Of a stretch of 64,000 bases of DNA, positions 41,136 through 53,991 are shown in pieces. Under the pieces are notes generated by a model. The model was not told where the DNA came from. It saw only the letters and a program-made list of their open reading frames with translations, and made no database searches. Position 1 is the first letter of the stretch. Each line of letters opens with the position of its first letter. Origin of the DNA: Chrysomallon squamiferum (Eukaryota; Animalia; Mollusca); assembly GCA_012295275.1 (NCBI GenBank), contig CM022672.1:16740001-16804000 (forward strand), read 5' to 3'. A program made the translations under genes and the position numbers.

Positions 41136-42552
41136 AATTATGTATCAAAAATATATTTTTCTTGTCCAAAACTAAAATTATTGTTTACTCCTTGTTTAAA
41201 TTAGGTACATTTTTATATAATATTATTGTTAGATTTTTTCTATTTTGAAACTAATATTAAAGCTTAATTGTAGTTTATAAATAATAATAAAGTTTATTTC
41301 AAGCTACTACTATTATTAATTGTTTCCACAGATTTTGAAAAAAGAAAAAAAAGAGAAAATATTACTTAAATAGATAAGTAAGATTAAAGGTTTCTCCCAG
41401 ACAAAATTTTAAAATTATTTTAATTTAACTTAAGAAACTGTTTTTATCTTTGTTTCTTTAAAAGGAACATTTAAGAAAAAAGTAAATAATAATCAAAAAC
41501 TGGATATTTTATCTTGTAGTGTATTGTGCCCCAGGCTCATATTATGAAAATGGGAAATGCACATTATGTGAAATGGGAAAATATCAGGATGAATCAGGAA
41601 AAACAGAGTGTAAGTTGTGTCCAACTGGAACAACAACAGAATTCATTGGATCAACAGAGGTGGAAGACTGTTCAGGTAAGAATGATAGAATCATCATAAC
41701 CCAACACATTTTAATATTAAAACATACTAGATTCTAATGTTTTGAGTTTTGTGTAATTAATGACATGAAAGAACAATTCAACAGTCACCTTTCCATGTAA
41801 AACTGTTATTGATTAGCAGGAACAGTTTCTTATTAGCTCCTTCCCATAGACCTTGATAAACTAGTCATGGATTACACATCAAAGCACATACTATGGCATC
41901 TAATAAAAACACAGTGAATCACTAAGTGGAAAGAAACAGCCAAATAACTCAGTATAAAATGTTGATATAGTCTAGAAGTACATAAAAACAATGTGAAACA
42001 ACATAAAAAGAGCTAATTTTTTTGCAGTGTTCATTTATATGAAAAACTAAACAATGATAAATAATTAGAAATGTACCAGTACATTGAATTTAGATTATCA
42101 GTGTAAGAGAATTCTAGGAATCATAAAAAATAACTGATATATTTCTTACCACTGCTTATAATAAATATATTGATTACATTACCTATAATTTCCAGAGCCT
42201 GTAGAAACCACCACGTCTGATGATGAAAATCACAATCATGAAAAAGGTTTGTTTCAGCTGTGATTTATATTAAGCTAAATGTTTCGTTTTTATAACAACA
42301 CTTTAGATGTGATGTATTCAGTTAGAACAATTGAAAGAATACTTTTTGCAATTTGTAATGTTATTAATAATATATTTAATAATACTGCATTTGAATACTA
42401 TAGTTTCAGAAACATTAGTGTTACTAAATATAAAATTTATTTCTTCATTTTTTTTTTTTTTTTTTGTATTTAAGAATATATTTCAGTATGAAAAGAAATT
42501 CCTTCTGTTCAACTTTAATGATTAGAATCTATTTCATTGTTTAAAGTTTTGT

Positions 42553-42603
<51 letters not shown>

Positions 42604-42816
42604 GTTTGTAGGTAAAATAATTGCTATGATATTAAAAGAAAATAATTTTATTACTTTGTTTCAGGTTATGAGACACCTGTTGTACTAGTGACTGGTGTTG
42701 CAGTTGGAATCATAATCATACTGGCTATTTTAATATTTGTTATCTATCACAAATGGTTCAGGTAACTTCCAGATATTTCTTTCTCTTTCATTTTTCTCCG
42801 TCCTCTTCTTCTTCTC

Positions 42817-42863
<47 letters not shown>

Positions 42864-44490
42864 TGTTGTTATTGTTATTCAGTTTTTAGTTCAATTCAAA
42901 GATTTAACTTTGAATGATCTGACATTTGTTTTCAAGAAATAACCTTCATAGAAAAAATATATTTGTTAATTAAATGACATAATGGAATCATTTTTTATAA
43001 TGATGCTACATCTTGGATTATGCATGTCAGTTGCATAAAATAATCTTTCCTGTTTTTTTGATGTATTAGTGTTAGCATATGAACTGAATGAGAAATGATG
43101 CATGAAAATATTCTGAATTAGAGGAAGTGAGTAGAAAGAAGAAATACAGTGGTACCTTGACTTACAAGTTTAATTTGTTCCATGACTAAGCTAGTAACTC
43201 CATTTGCTCATTTATAAAATCAAATTTCCCAGCTGAAATTAACTGAAATACCATTAATCCATTCCAGCCCCAGAACACCCCCCAATTTTTGTAACGTGTT
43301 TTTAAATAAGAAAAATGTATTATAAATGACAAATATTGTATAAAAAATAAAATACAGAAATAATTTGGTTCTGTAAAATGTATTTATCTTGCAGATCAGA
43401 AAAATTATTTTAAAGCCTTTGGCTGGTGTACATATATTGTAGAAGTACTACATTTCTACAGCCTTGCCAAGTCGACTACATGCACACCTCACTTATGTTT
43501 TTCTATGATTTCATGCATTATTTCAATGGACATCATCTGCTTTTTCTTCTCAGCACTGTCCTTTACATTCACTTTCTTATGATCCAAAGTCAGAAAAAGG
43601 AAATTTGGCATAATACTGCACAAAACACAAGCACAACACAATAGAGATGCTTCTGCAATGAGGTAATCACGTGAAGTAAACAAGTGAGATGCAGTATGCT
43701 GGGTGGATGTTGTGTTGTTTGTTGTGCCAAATGGCAGCAGCGATCTGAAGCTTGCTCTTAACACAGATTTTGGCTCACAATTCAAAGCAAACAATTGACC
43801 AAGCGACTCCTCATAGATTTTTGTTTGTTTTTGTTGTTGTAGTTGTTTTTTGCTTTGTGTTTTTAGGGTTTTTTTTTTTTTTTTTTTTTTTTAGCTAATA
43901 ACAAATTTGTAATAAAACAAAATATCATATGAATTAATAATATAATGGAATATACTTTCAGATCAGATCACAGACAGCCCTCATATGGGTAAGTTTTTGC
44001 TGGAGCAAATACAAATCTTAACTGTTAATCTTTATAAATTCCTTTAATTTGAAATATAAAGGATATAGAACACTTGGTGTACATTTTATTAGTCTTGAAT
44101 TTTTATTGGCAAAAAACAAAATGAAACAAACAAAACATATGACTCCATTTAGATCTCAGAATTTGTTGATTTTAATTTTATAAATGATTTTGTTTAACAA
44201 AATGCATTACATTATTTAACTTTTTAACAGGACTTTTCAACATTTATATAACAGTATTTCCAGTTAATAGAGTCAGTATAAACATTATTATATTTATCTC
44301 TGTTTATAACAGAAATCAAGATTCACGGCCTGCAAGTCGAGCAAGCCTCAGCAAAATTGTCCCGATTTTTGAGAACACAGAGTATTTCAAATCAGGAAGT
44401 CAAAATTGGTATAGTCAGAGTGATTCTACTCACACACCAAATAGTTCTCCACCACATGGATATCTGATTATGGTTGCAGAAAAAAAGTAG
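22931..44490 (+). CDS. SVEP1/uninflatable-like type I membrane protein, paralog B (sushi, HYR x2, SEA-like x2, GCC2/GCC3, LamG/pentraxin, EGF x2, TSP1, TM, cytoplasmic tail); +1 frameshift at 28823-28824, so possibly a pseudogene
   Basis: Exons: 22931-~22972 ([14 protein letters not shown], start and donor uncertain), 23846-24020, 24380-24463, 24975-25113, 27067-27194, 27460-27639, 27997-28179, 28714-28966, 29125-29331, 29570-29764, 31665-31894, 32130-32379, 33731-33892, 34776-34937, 35632-35824, 36574-36764, 37017-37190, 38230-38460 (VDEC..EGF x2), 38845-39018 ([23 protein letters not shown]1), 39115-39297, 39841-40131, 40782-40973, 41520-41675, 42196-42246, 42665-42761 ([25 protein letters not shown]), 43962-43988, 44313-44490 (TAG). 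Phases are consistent throughout except for one extra base in 28714-28966. Confidence 0.9.
23188..23475. repeat. 96-bp tandem repeat x3
   Basis: gtgcttactcctatattcg starts at 23191, 23287 and 23383; units are near-identical. Confidence 0.95.
24253..24298. repeat. (GA)n microsatellite
   Basis: Direct reading. Confidence 0.95.
24380..24463 (+). CDS. Paralog B exon: furin site plus hydrophobic peptide
   Basis: tttag acceptor and A|gtaaga donor, 84 nt, phase 1-1. Reads [28 protein letters not shown]; same position in the gene as paralog A exon 3. Confidence 0.8.
25384..26879 (+). mobile_element. Non-autonomous DNA transposon with ~110 bp TIRs (GGG...CCC) and transposase remnant
   Basis: GGGTCATTCCGTGTCAAATCAC ... 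GTGATTTGACATGGAATGACCC, extending inward to gactgggatcccacagcaccaaat and its reverse complement. Flanked by TAT on both sides. Internal remnant 26514-26753 ([30 protein letters not shown]). Superfamily unresolved. Confidence 0.85.
28556..28626. repeat. (GA)n microsatellite
   Basis: Direct reading. Confidence 0.95.
30278..31169. mobile_element. Tigger/pogo-like non-autonomous element (different subfamily)
   Basis: TA|CAGTATTCCCTCGCTATTCGC ... GCGAACAGGTGAGGGTATACTG|TA TIRs, with subterminal CCGCGAAT repeats at both ends. Confidence 0.85.
32452..33156 (-). mobile_element. Tigger/pogo deletion derivative with transposase N-terminal remnant
   Basis: Begins TA|CAGTGGTACCTTGGCGTACAAG, same TIR family as 20871; degenerate right TIR cttgcaagttgagctacactg. 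Minus-strand remnant [29 protein letters not shown] resembles a CENP-B/pogo HTH start. Confidence 0.8.
33170..33680. repeat. Degenerate AT-rich minisatellite (~50-60 bp)
   Basis: Recurring ctgaatattctaa..aataaatgtaataattaat..agcta units. Confidence 0.6.
37443..38190. repeat. ~380-bp intronic tandem duplication x2
   Basis: agatgttaaaatcatta at 37443 and ~37824; ggcaaagtaaaacaccaaaccaaag at 37801 and ~38167. Confidence 0.9.
38535..38853. repeat. ~30-bp minisatellite built from the TSP1-exon splice acceptor
   Basis: Repeated aatgttttatagtaaatggtgaaggttattatt units, ending in the real junction tgttacag|TAAATGGTGGATGG. Confidence 0.85.
40585..40765. repeat. Compound (GTT)/(ACT)/(ATT)n microsatellite
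   Basis: Direct reading; source of the poly-L and poly-I ORFs. Confidence 0.92.
43147..43815 (-). mobile_element. Second copy of the same Tigger/pogo derivative, right end truncated
   Basis: TA|CAGTGGTACCTTGACTTACAAG start; colinear with 32452-33125; remnant [29 protein letters not shown]. Confidence 0.8.
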
Positions 44491-46355
44491 CACTCATGAT
44501 GATAAGAAAAGGTGTACCATGTGATCATACGAAAGAAGGATTCAAATCAACAACGGGAATTTATTATCTTTATCATTATTAAAACAGTTATTACATATAC
44601 TAATAATACTGCTATAATTACTGTTTTATTTAATCTGCTTGTTTACATTATTGAATTTTTTATACATTTTTTTAATACACTGTATGTATCCCATCCTAAC
44701 TGATTTTTTTTCTTTAACTTTTCTAAAAGATTGTGAGGCTTGTAAATTATATATTATAATAATTCTGTAGATACCTATAGAAAAAAACTTTTTTATTGGT
44801 TTGTTTTGGATTATTTTGTTTGAATGTATATATTTATGTTTACATGTAATGGTGTACAGTATTGCTTACTTAGGTTTCATACATCTGTGTCCTAAAATTC
44901 AGCTGTGATAAAATAAGATAGGGTAAAAATATATATGTTTAAAATTATAACCTTTTAGTTTTTTCATAAATTATTTTGTAGATGTAAAGCAGAAGAAAAC
45001 AATATTATATTAGCGAGTTGTGATATACTATTAAGATTTAGGTCAAACCTGTAAATTTTGCAGTCATTTATATATATTTACTTCTCTGTTTTTTTGTTTT
45101 TCTTTTTTCACTAGCTTTGTTAAAGAAATTAAAAATATCTGACGTAACAAAATATTGGTTTAGATAGTTTTCATGGACATAAATACAATTAAATGAATTG
45201 GTGTGTTTGTTTTGGAGATTTTTAAATAAACTTGAATATTCTATTTCTGTAATAATAAAATATTAATTAAGCTGTTTTTCAATGTATTATTTGTTTTAAA
45301 TGCAACTGAATGAACAGTTTAAAGAAAAATAAAAAAAATATATTTTAAAATTGCATAAACAAATATTTTTTATTGTTTATACATTGTCCTGTCTAAAATC
45401 ATTAAATTTGAAAGCACTAATTTATACCCAGTTTAATAAATTTACACAGTGTAAATATTTGATACGTATTTATTGTGCATTGTTAGCAGATGTACTGATT
45501 TTAGGATCTTCTTTTTATAAAGATAAACAATTTAAGATAATCAATTTCATTATTAACATGATAAATATAATGAAATTATAGCAATAATTAATTGTTTTTG
45601 TTATTTCTAAAAACAAATATAAATAAAGATTAAAATCTATAATTCTAAAATTATTATTTAGTTAGCTGGAGAATTTAAAGTGAAATATTTAAAGAGCGTA
45701 CTTTATTTATTATTGTTAATAACAAATCACAGTTGACTCAGTGTGATGAAACACTTCTTTATTCTGAGATGTGTAGAGACAAATACAAAAATAATTAGAA
45801 ATAGATGAACAATATCAAATAAATTTGTTTTATTTTCTTAGTAATATTTTTAATTGTTAAAGTTAATATTTTTATTGAAATATGTGATAGCACAAAAAAG
45901 ATTTTAATTTTTTTTATTAAATTGATATCTAAATAAATATAAATAAGCAATGATATTTAAACAGATTAGAACTTAAAATAAAAATATTCAATTACATTAT
46001 CATAAAACATTTTTAATAAAAATTAGTAATCATTTAATTAATTTTTTAAATTTTTTATTATTATTCTGTAGTTTCTTGGTGAAAAACCAAAACCATTAAA
46101 TTGTTTCTTTAATAAAAACAAATATTAGCAATGTTAACTAAATTTATTACATAGCTAGCATTCAAATGATTAGATTACAAAAATAAACCAGATTTTGTTG
46201 TTACACTCTCAACGAACTACCTATCACAAACTGATAAAACAGCAATAACAAAAAGCATGTCATGCATTTAAGACATAGTTAAATATCTGACAAAAGATGA
46301 AAATCTGTTATTAAATATAAATATTGTCTCCAAGTCAAATGCTTTGTTCAATGGA

Positions 46356-49300
46356 TCACTTAGATTTCTTCTTCTTCTTGGCAACTCGTCTCTTGGTCTT
46401 TGAATCCACAATAAATTGTGATTGTTTCTTAATTGTCAGTCTGCTGGGAACTTCAGCATCATCATCACCACTGTCTTCATCATCTGTAAAAATAGTTACA
46501 ACAAAAAAAACATTAATGATAGGTATCTAAAATGATTAATCAGTATAAATTTGTATAACATAACTACATATATAAACAAACATATGTTGTAAGAGTAAAA
46601 AATATATTTTTTGAACAGTGGTATGGTAAAAAAAATTAAATGATTTGGATGATGCATTTTACAAAAGTATTGCATTATAAAAGGCAACCTGTTTACTTTA
46701 ATTATTCTTTTTGATGCATTTACATTTCAGTTACTTTTACATAATAATATCTATATTAGGAATTTAATTATTAAAAATCTTGTTACACTAACTTACAATA
46801 TATTATACAGAAATACTTTGTATTCACGGTATCCTGAATCATTACTTTTGTTTAAGAGGATAAAAGGTTATAATGCAGATATCAAAATAAGATTTATAAT
46901 TTTAATAATAATTTAAAAAACATAACAATATAAGCTACTTACCATCATAAGCTAGTTCTCTGTGTGTTTGAGGTAATTTAACTCGAGTGTTATAAGCAGG
47001 CAATTTGCCTTCTATGCTTGCATGGAACTGTAAGGATGAATGTACATATTATAAAATAACTGCTGATTAACTGTTACTGAACAGCCAACATAATCTAGTT
47101 AGAGTAAAGATGAAAACATTTTATTAAAGCTTATTAATTAAGAGTTAACTATTCTGAAAAATTAAAGTAGTTATTTTAAACTCTACTGTTTTGTTATACA
47201 TAAAACAACAAAAAATATCCTTTGAAAAAAATTAAATTTTCAAAATAATTATAATTAACATCAGAATTGATTAAGACATGAAAATAATTTGTAACAAGCA
47301 ATACACTGCACTGAAAATGTTAGCTATCCAACTTTTAAAAAGGATGTTTCCTAAAGTTAAATTTCTTTTTTCTTAAAAGCATACCTGGGTTTCAAAAGGA
47401 AACATACACATAAAATAATAAACATTTTATCTTTGTTGGGAAGTATTTTTATCTCGGACATGATATGGTATTTGCTTAGAGAAATGCTTTTTGAGTTAAA
47501 TGAAGGAAATTGAGAGGAGATATCTGACAAAGAGCTAATTACGCATAGACTGCATATTATGTCTGTTCATTTATGCAGCCTTTGGCATGTAGCACATTTT
47601 CTCTTTCACACTAATTATCAGTCGAAGAGCATTTCTATCCTAACTTCAAGTGACATTTGATCTGTTTTTACCTCTTCTTCTTCCATCTGTTTAAGTATCT
47701 CATTGAGATCTTTTCCATCCAGTTCTTCAAGAAGTTTGAGAAGTTTCTCTTCACTTCGTGACAGCTGATCCAGAACAAACTCCTCTGAAGTTGGTGGAAT
47801 CTGAGCTGTGGGCACATGTCCTTTACTCTGAAAATATCACACATTTTTCTGCTTTGAATACGAATGATATTTTTAGGAATAAATTATATTTCAATTTAAA
47901 GGACAATTTGTTTTCAAACATATAACAGCACACAACATCAAATCAATAAAGACTAAAGACCATTCCTAAGTTTACAGAATTAGAATACTGTATTAAATAA
48001 CGTTTTAGGATAGAAAACAAAACCCAGAAAACACAATCTTATCATTTTATACCTTATTAATATTTAATATGTTTTCATTTATATATCTTAGATGTAAATA
48101 CTTTTGAGAATTTACAGTGTAAAACTGAACAGATGGCATTTACTTACTGCTTTTAGATGGTGCAGTTTATCAGCTAGATGCTCCACTCCTGATTTTACTT
48201 GAACAAGAATCTTGCAGGCTCTTTGTAACTTTCTGTCAGCTTCATCTCTACGAGCCTCCTCTTCAGCAAGATGTGCTTCAAACTCCTCCAGTATAGCCTG
48301 TCCACTAAAATAACAAAAACAATATGCTGAGTTTATTATATGTTTCAAACACCAATATAGACTGCCCACTAAATTAACACAAACAATATACTGAGTTTAG
48401 TATGTGTTTCAAACACAAATATAGCCTCTCCACTAAAATTAACACTATCCAATGAACAGTATATTATTCTAATGCTTCAAAACCATCTGGAGTATAAATA
48501 TTGACACACAAATGCAATAACAATCTAATAAGATTTTCAGACCTATGAAATAGTAATAGTTAGAACTATCAGATCAGAAAAAGACAAACATGATTTTTGT
48601 TTCTTGTAAAACAGCAAAATTATAAAACATCAGTTTTGTTACACAAACAGACCTTGACAGTTTTGCCTCGCCAGAATATTTCATTTCTTCAAATTCTTGT
48701 TGAAGTTTCTCTTTTTCTTCTTTCTGTCGAACAATTGTCTTTTCATTATCTCGTTTCAACTCTTGAAGATGACGAGTTGTTTCCCCTTGATTCTCAAATC
48801 TGCTGACAACTTCCTACAAATTTTGCAAACCAAATAAAAAATCACTCATCCTATCCAGTACAAGTCTGCATTTGTATCATGGAAATATACTAGAAACAGT
48901 TCTAATAAGCCAAAGTTAATTATCTAAATTAGATGGGTATTAAGGATGCAAAACAAAAATTTCATCTAAATGAAAAAGAGTTCTATTATTATTTTCTGGT
49001 TTGTGCTAATAAAAACTAAGTATTTAACAGTTCAGGGTAGTCTTGCACCACCAGAATTTAGGTCATCTTGTACATTTCTGAGACCATTGAAGCATTGTGA
49101 ATAATATATAAAATTCTTTTATTACATTTCAAGCAAAATGCTAACTAGATAGCATGGATAAGTAACAGATTATCTTAACTTACATGTATAATTATTAACA
49201 CTTTTTAGTCAAACTATATTTATTCTTCTCTGTGTGAATTATTAAAGAAATTTATCTCATTGGAAAATATTTCAATGATAAACAAGTAAACTGGTATTTA

Positions 49301-52300
49301 CCATTGTGTCAGAAACGCCTGTTGCTTCCTTGATGCGTTTAAATGCCTCCTCATAAGTTGTGATCTTTTGTTGTTGGTCCTCTCCTGTCATTGCTGCCTT
49401 CTCCTGGGGGGACAACTCATCCTGCTGAATAGACCCACGTTGCTGCTAAAAAACACAAAAAAGAAACAAAAAATAATAAAACATTAAAATTACAATCAAA
49501 AATATTTAACAGTAAAAACAAATTTTAGAATATTAGAATGTTTTGGATTTTCTTTAAAATATTATATCTGATTTAAACCTATTTCAAACATAACTGGTGA
49601 TAGTATGCAACACTTTCTCTGAAAAAAAGAACTTTGAAAGCTATGGTGTTTTTGTTGGTGAAATGAGAAAGGTATCATTGTGTACATCAACATTTAATAC
49701 AATCATTATATGTTACAAGTTATTTTGAATATTTTGTTTACAAATACGTCCTGAAGACTAATTTAGAATTTTAGATAATGGACAGCTACTCTGTATAGCT
49801 CAATGAAGTTAATGAATATTGATTAGCAAAGAAACACTGATGATTAATTTCTGATTTTTAATTTAATACGAAGAATCCAAACTCACCAGTCTTTTCTCAA
49901 TTCTCTCATGCTGCATTTTCTTTTCTTCAGCTTCTTTCTTCATCTTCTGCAATTCAATTTCTCGCTTCTTTCTCTCACTGTAAACTGTATCCTCATGTCG
50001 ACGCAGTTCACTGACAGCAGATTCCTTGGCAAGCTGTGCATCATTGTACATAGCTCTCAACTCCTTTAATTCCTGTCTAGTTCTAGCAATCTCAATTTCA
50101 ATAGCATCCAGCTTAGCAGGATAACCCTGTGCTTCCTGGCAAAAATACAGATTAAGATGTAATGTAGATGACCACTGATTTAAATAACCAAATCAGAACA
50201 AACTAAAAGTTAACTGTATGCAAAACAATGGTGCAGTTAGTATGGTTTAAGTATCAATAAGGTATTATTATTACCTGTTCAAATCTTGATTTGATATCTT
50301 CATAAACTCGTTTCACTTGTTTTGCTTCCTCACATTTCATGCACACTTTGTCATAGCTGTTTTCCAGGTATCGCATAGTCTAAAAAGAAATATAGTCACA
50401 TTATAAAATTGAACATCCTTCCATAATTCAAAACTATATTGTTAACATTTCTTTTGATGGAATTAAAAACACAAATGCCAAAATTCTATTAAATCATTAT
50501 ATATAGATACAGATACAGATACAGATACAGATACAGATACAGATACAGATACTGATACTGATACAGATATATAGATATAGATATAGATATAGATATAGAT
50601 ATAGATATAGATATAGATATAGATATATATATAGATATATATGTAATATAAATTTAACATTATTTGTAATCCTTCTTTTATAATTTTTTTGATTCATCAA
50701 TTTTTCCTGTATTATTTTCCTGTGTCATATGAACAATTTGCAATTGTTTTAATTCTATGATTTATCATATGTTGTTTGCTTTGTGGCTTTTTTGTTGTTG
50801 TTGTTCATGTTGTTGTTATTTTTGTTGGGGCAATATCTTTATTACAATTCATTGCTGAAAAACATACTAATGGTAATGTTATTAACATTCTCTTAATTTC
50901 TGCAGGAATGGATCTGACCAGTTTTATTACTGCATCCTGGTACAAAACTTAAAGCAAATAATCATTTATTACTTTCTGAAAGCACCATTATTCCTGTATT
51001 ATTCTGATTCATTCTACTGCATCATAATAAAGAAAGAGATCTGCAGACAGAACAACTCACTGACGTTTTGTTAAAGCATATTCACCTGTGCATCATGAGA
51101 TTCCCCTTTGTCAGTAGCTACGGCGTCAGATGCATCTTTCTTCATAGCTTCACAAGATGTCTGAAGAGCTTCCAGCTTTTTCTGCTTCATTGCCGTAATA
51201 TGGCGAAGAGCATTCAAGCGTTTCATAGTGTCTGAGACTTTGTAGTCATAAATAGAAATAGCTTCCTGCAAGATGGGAAATAAATAAATAAATAAACATG
51301 TTTTTAATACATAAAAAATTAATGCAGAATTATTTTTTTTTTTAACAATTCAAATTTTAAAATCAGTAATAATTAATTTCCATGTTAAATAATAAGTTTT
51401 AAGTCAGTTGTAAATCTAATGACAAATATATGGTTAGAATAAAATCTTCAAATGTTAGTTAATTAATATGTAATCTGATTTACCAAGTTTTCATTACATG
51501 CCCTCCTGGGTCAAAGATATTTTTCTTTGTTAGGATTTTGATTTATCAAAACTTTGAATGTTTCTTTTGCAAACAAACACAATTTACAATTTGTATTTAT
51601 TTATTTTTTACTATTGTTTTTCTTATACATATTTATGATGTTATATAACTTACTTTTCCAGTTTTACTTGCCAAAGCAGCTCTTTCAACAGGCTTGTCAT
51701 GTAAAGCTTTTCCAATAACATGCTCATCTTGCTGTAAAAATAAATATAAATAAATATAAATAATGGCAATAATAAGAAAACATTTAAAAATATATATATA
51801 ACAGAAATTTGAACTCAAAACTGAAACACAAAATATAAATATGATATCATTTTCTAAAATACTAAAAAAAAAAATACTAAAAATTAAAGTTTTCACTAAT
51901 AGCTTCCTGTTTGCTAATAATTATCATAATTGTGAGTAACTGATAGCTAGAACTACTTTATAAACTGATATTTTTAGAAGCACTGCCACAAAGATTTCAT
52001 AAAGAACTGTTTGAAATCGGCAGTAAATTATTATGCACATATATTATATAATCTGTTTGGTTTGTTTTATTGTTTTTGTTTATTTGTTTTACAAACCTTC
52101 AGCTTGTCACTTAGAGCCTTTCGAAGTTCTTTGGTTTCTTTTCTCAAACATTTTATTTGTTCTTTATTCTTTTTGATAGCATATTCAGATGACTCGAAGT
52201 ATGCCTTCCTGTCACCCTCTGAAAATTTAAAACAAATTATTTAATAAATGTAAGATTCTATAATTATAAATGATATGTAATTTCAAACTGTTGATGATAA

Positions 52301-52621
52301 TACTAATAGTAATACTTAGTAATAGATTAGACGCTTTATACCATTTACAAAAACAGATATTACAGCATAGCTATACAATATTGAAACATTAAAAATGATT
52401 GGAAATGTTATTTTCGTATCTTATTTAAGCTTTACTAAATATTATATTATAATGATTGGACATTATTTTGTGTATATCATTTATATTTTGTATCACTATC
52501 AGATCATCACCATGTCACACGGCGTGAAAGAAAACGTACCTAAAAGTGCTATTTTTGCCTTCAGCTCCTCGATCTGCTCAGAGATTGGCCGCTGAATCAC
52601 TGCCCCAGTTCTTGCTGGCAT
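46356..52621 (-). CDS. ODAD3: Outer dynein arm-docking complex subunit 3 (CCDC151)
   Basis: About 12 exons (approx. 52540-52621, 52098-52218, 51654-51732, 51086-51266, 50276-50379, 49887-50136, 49303-49445, 48653-48812, 48147-48304, 47671-47827, 46943-47027, 46356-46482). The N-terminus [49 protein letters not shown] matches the recalled CCDC151 motif ([17 protein letters not shown].IKKN). Coiled-coil body, EEMKYSGE, basic C-terminus RRVAKKKKKSK*. Confidence 0.93.
48292..48445. repeat. 64-bp tandem repeat x2.4 spanning an ODAD3 acceptor
   Basis: tatagcctgtccactaaa variants at 48292, 48356 and 48420. Confidence 0.85.
50500..50642. repeat. Compound (ATACAG)n/(ATATAG)n hexanucleotide repeat
   Basis: Direct reading; ODAD3 intron. 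Confidence 0.92.
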
Positions 52622-52699
52622 TTTGAATACAACTACTGCAACTAAATTATTTTTCTAACACTCCTATTCTGTTAAGATCTGTAGGAAATATAACTGAAA

Positions 52700-52800
52700 A
52701 TGGAGGATGTTTACTATTAGAAATCTCCAAGGTGCCCGATGCTAAGCATGCGCAATCAGTATTTGGAACAAGGGAGACCACTCTATATAATTGTTTTGGA
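52700..52800 (-). promoter_or_regulatory. Probable ODAD3 proximal promoter
   Basis: Locally GC/CpG-richer patch ~80-180 bp upstream of the ATG, with NRF1-like GCATGCGCA (52746-52754) and an imperfect RFX/X-box-like aacaagggagac. Motif matches are weak. Confidence 0.3.
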
Positions 52801-53942
52801 AATGCACATAGAGACGAAAACTGGTCGCTATGTGCACAATACCATTAAATATTATTAATTTTTTTTTTTTATGCCTCCTGAATTTGTTCAAATGCTATAA
52901 ATAAATAAATTAATAAATACATAAATACTTTTTATTTAGTAGGAATGTTAGATATTTCGCTGTATTTTGTTCCTACACGTCTAATTTACTGTTTGAGTTA
53001 TGTCTGTTTTAACAAAGGTAATGTATATAATAGTTTCGCTTTTTTTTCTTCTTTTTTTTAAGAAAAAAAAAAAAGAAAATAAATATATTTCTGTTAGTAA
53101 AAACTACTTACAATAGTAGGCCTGTTAACAAAGATAAAATCAAGAATTAGATGTTTCCATAATTAAATTATTTCCATTCAAGGTGGACATAAATGGAAAT
53201 GCTTTTTAAACAATGTCTTCCTCAGTAGGTATTATTTATAACTGTGTGATTGTCATATAAATATTTCAAACCAATGACATTTGATTTCCACTAACCAATT
53301 TAAAATTACTGAATAGCAACAGATGCTTACGTCAGTGAACTTTCCTGTTTCATAATTTAGTTATGTGACACAACTTTTAAAAATATCGTTTTCCTATAAA
53401 ATTATATATAAGTAAGATTATAATAAATAAATAAATAAATAAATAAATAATGAAGCTTAAAATGATACCAACACATCTTTGATAGCATTGATATGAACAA
53501 AAAAGTTACGAATTTTTATCTTGAAATTTTGCCGAGATTTTCCCTTCAGTCTATGGAGAAACTGTATTTCATTTTCTTTATCTGGCAGGAGAAACTGTAT
53601 TTCATTTTCTTTATCTGGCAACACATACCGATTATCTCATATAGTTTTAATACAGTACACATATATTATCTATCAAAATGAAGCTTTAGATGTGTAGTAG
53701 AGCTATACAGTATTTTTAAGAATGTTGCTATGATTTATGAATTGCAATTAATTAATTAACTGCTCTAATTAGCTCAAACGTATACATATCTCTTAATTAT
53801 GTAATTCTCACGAACTGCATAGAAATTAAACCACCACACAAAATGATCATTTTTCAATGCTGGTGAATTGTAGAGGCCTTTACATTTTTAAGCATTTTGC
53901 TAATATTCATTTTTTCATTATTTATTATTATTGTTTATTTTA

Positions 53943-53991
<49 letters not shown>

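Noticed and set aside
40567-41248. Poly-Leu or poly-Ile membrane protein ORFs
   Set aside because: Translation of a trinucleotide microsatellite; only 40782-40973 is exon.
48-44490. Assigning the symbol SVEP1 or uif to the paralogs
   Set aside because: They share domain types but lack the vWA/long sushi array of SVEP1 and the CUB/long EGF array of uninflatable; orthology is unsupported.
53554-53620. 33-bp direct duplication ggagaaactgtatttcattttctttatctggca
   Set aside because: Simple slippage duplication in intergenic DNA with no sign of function.
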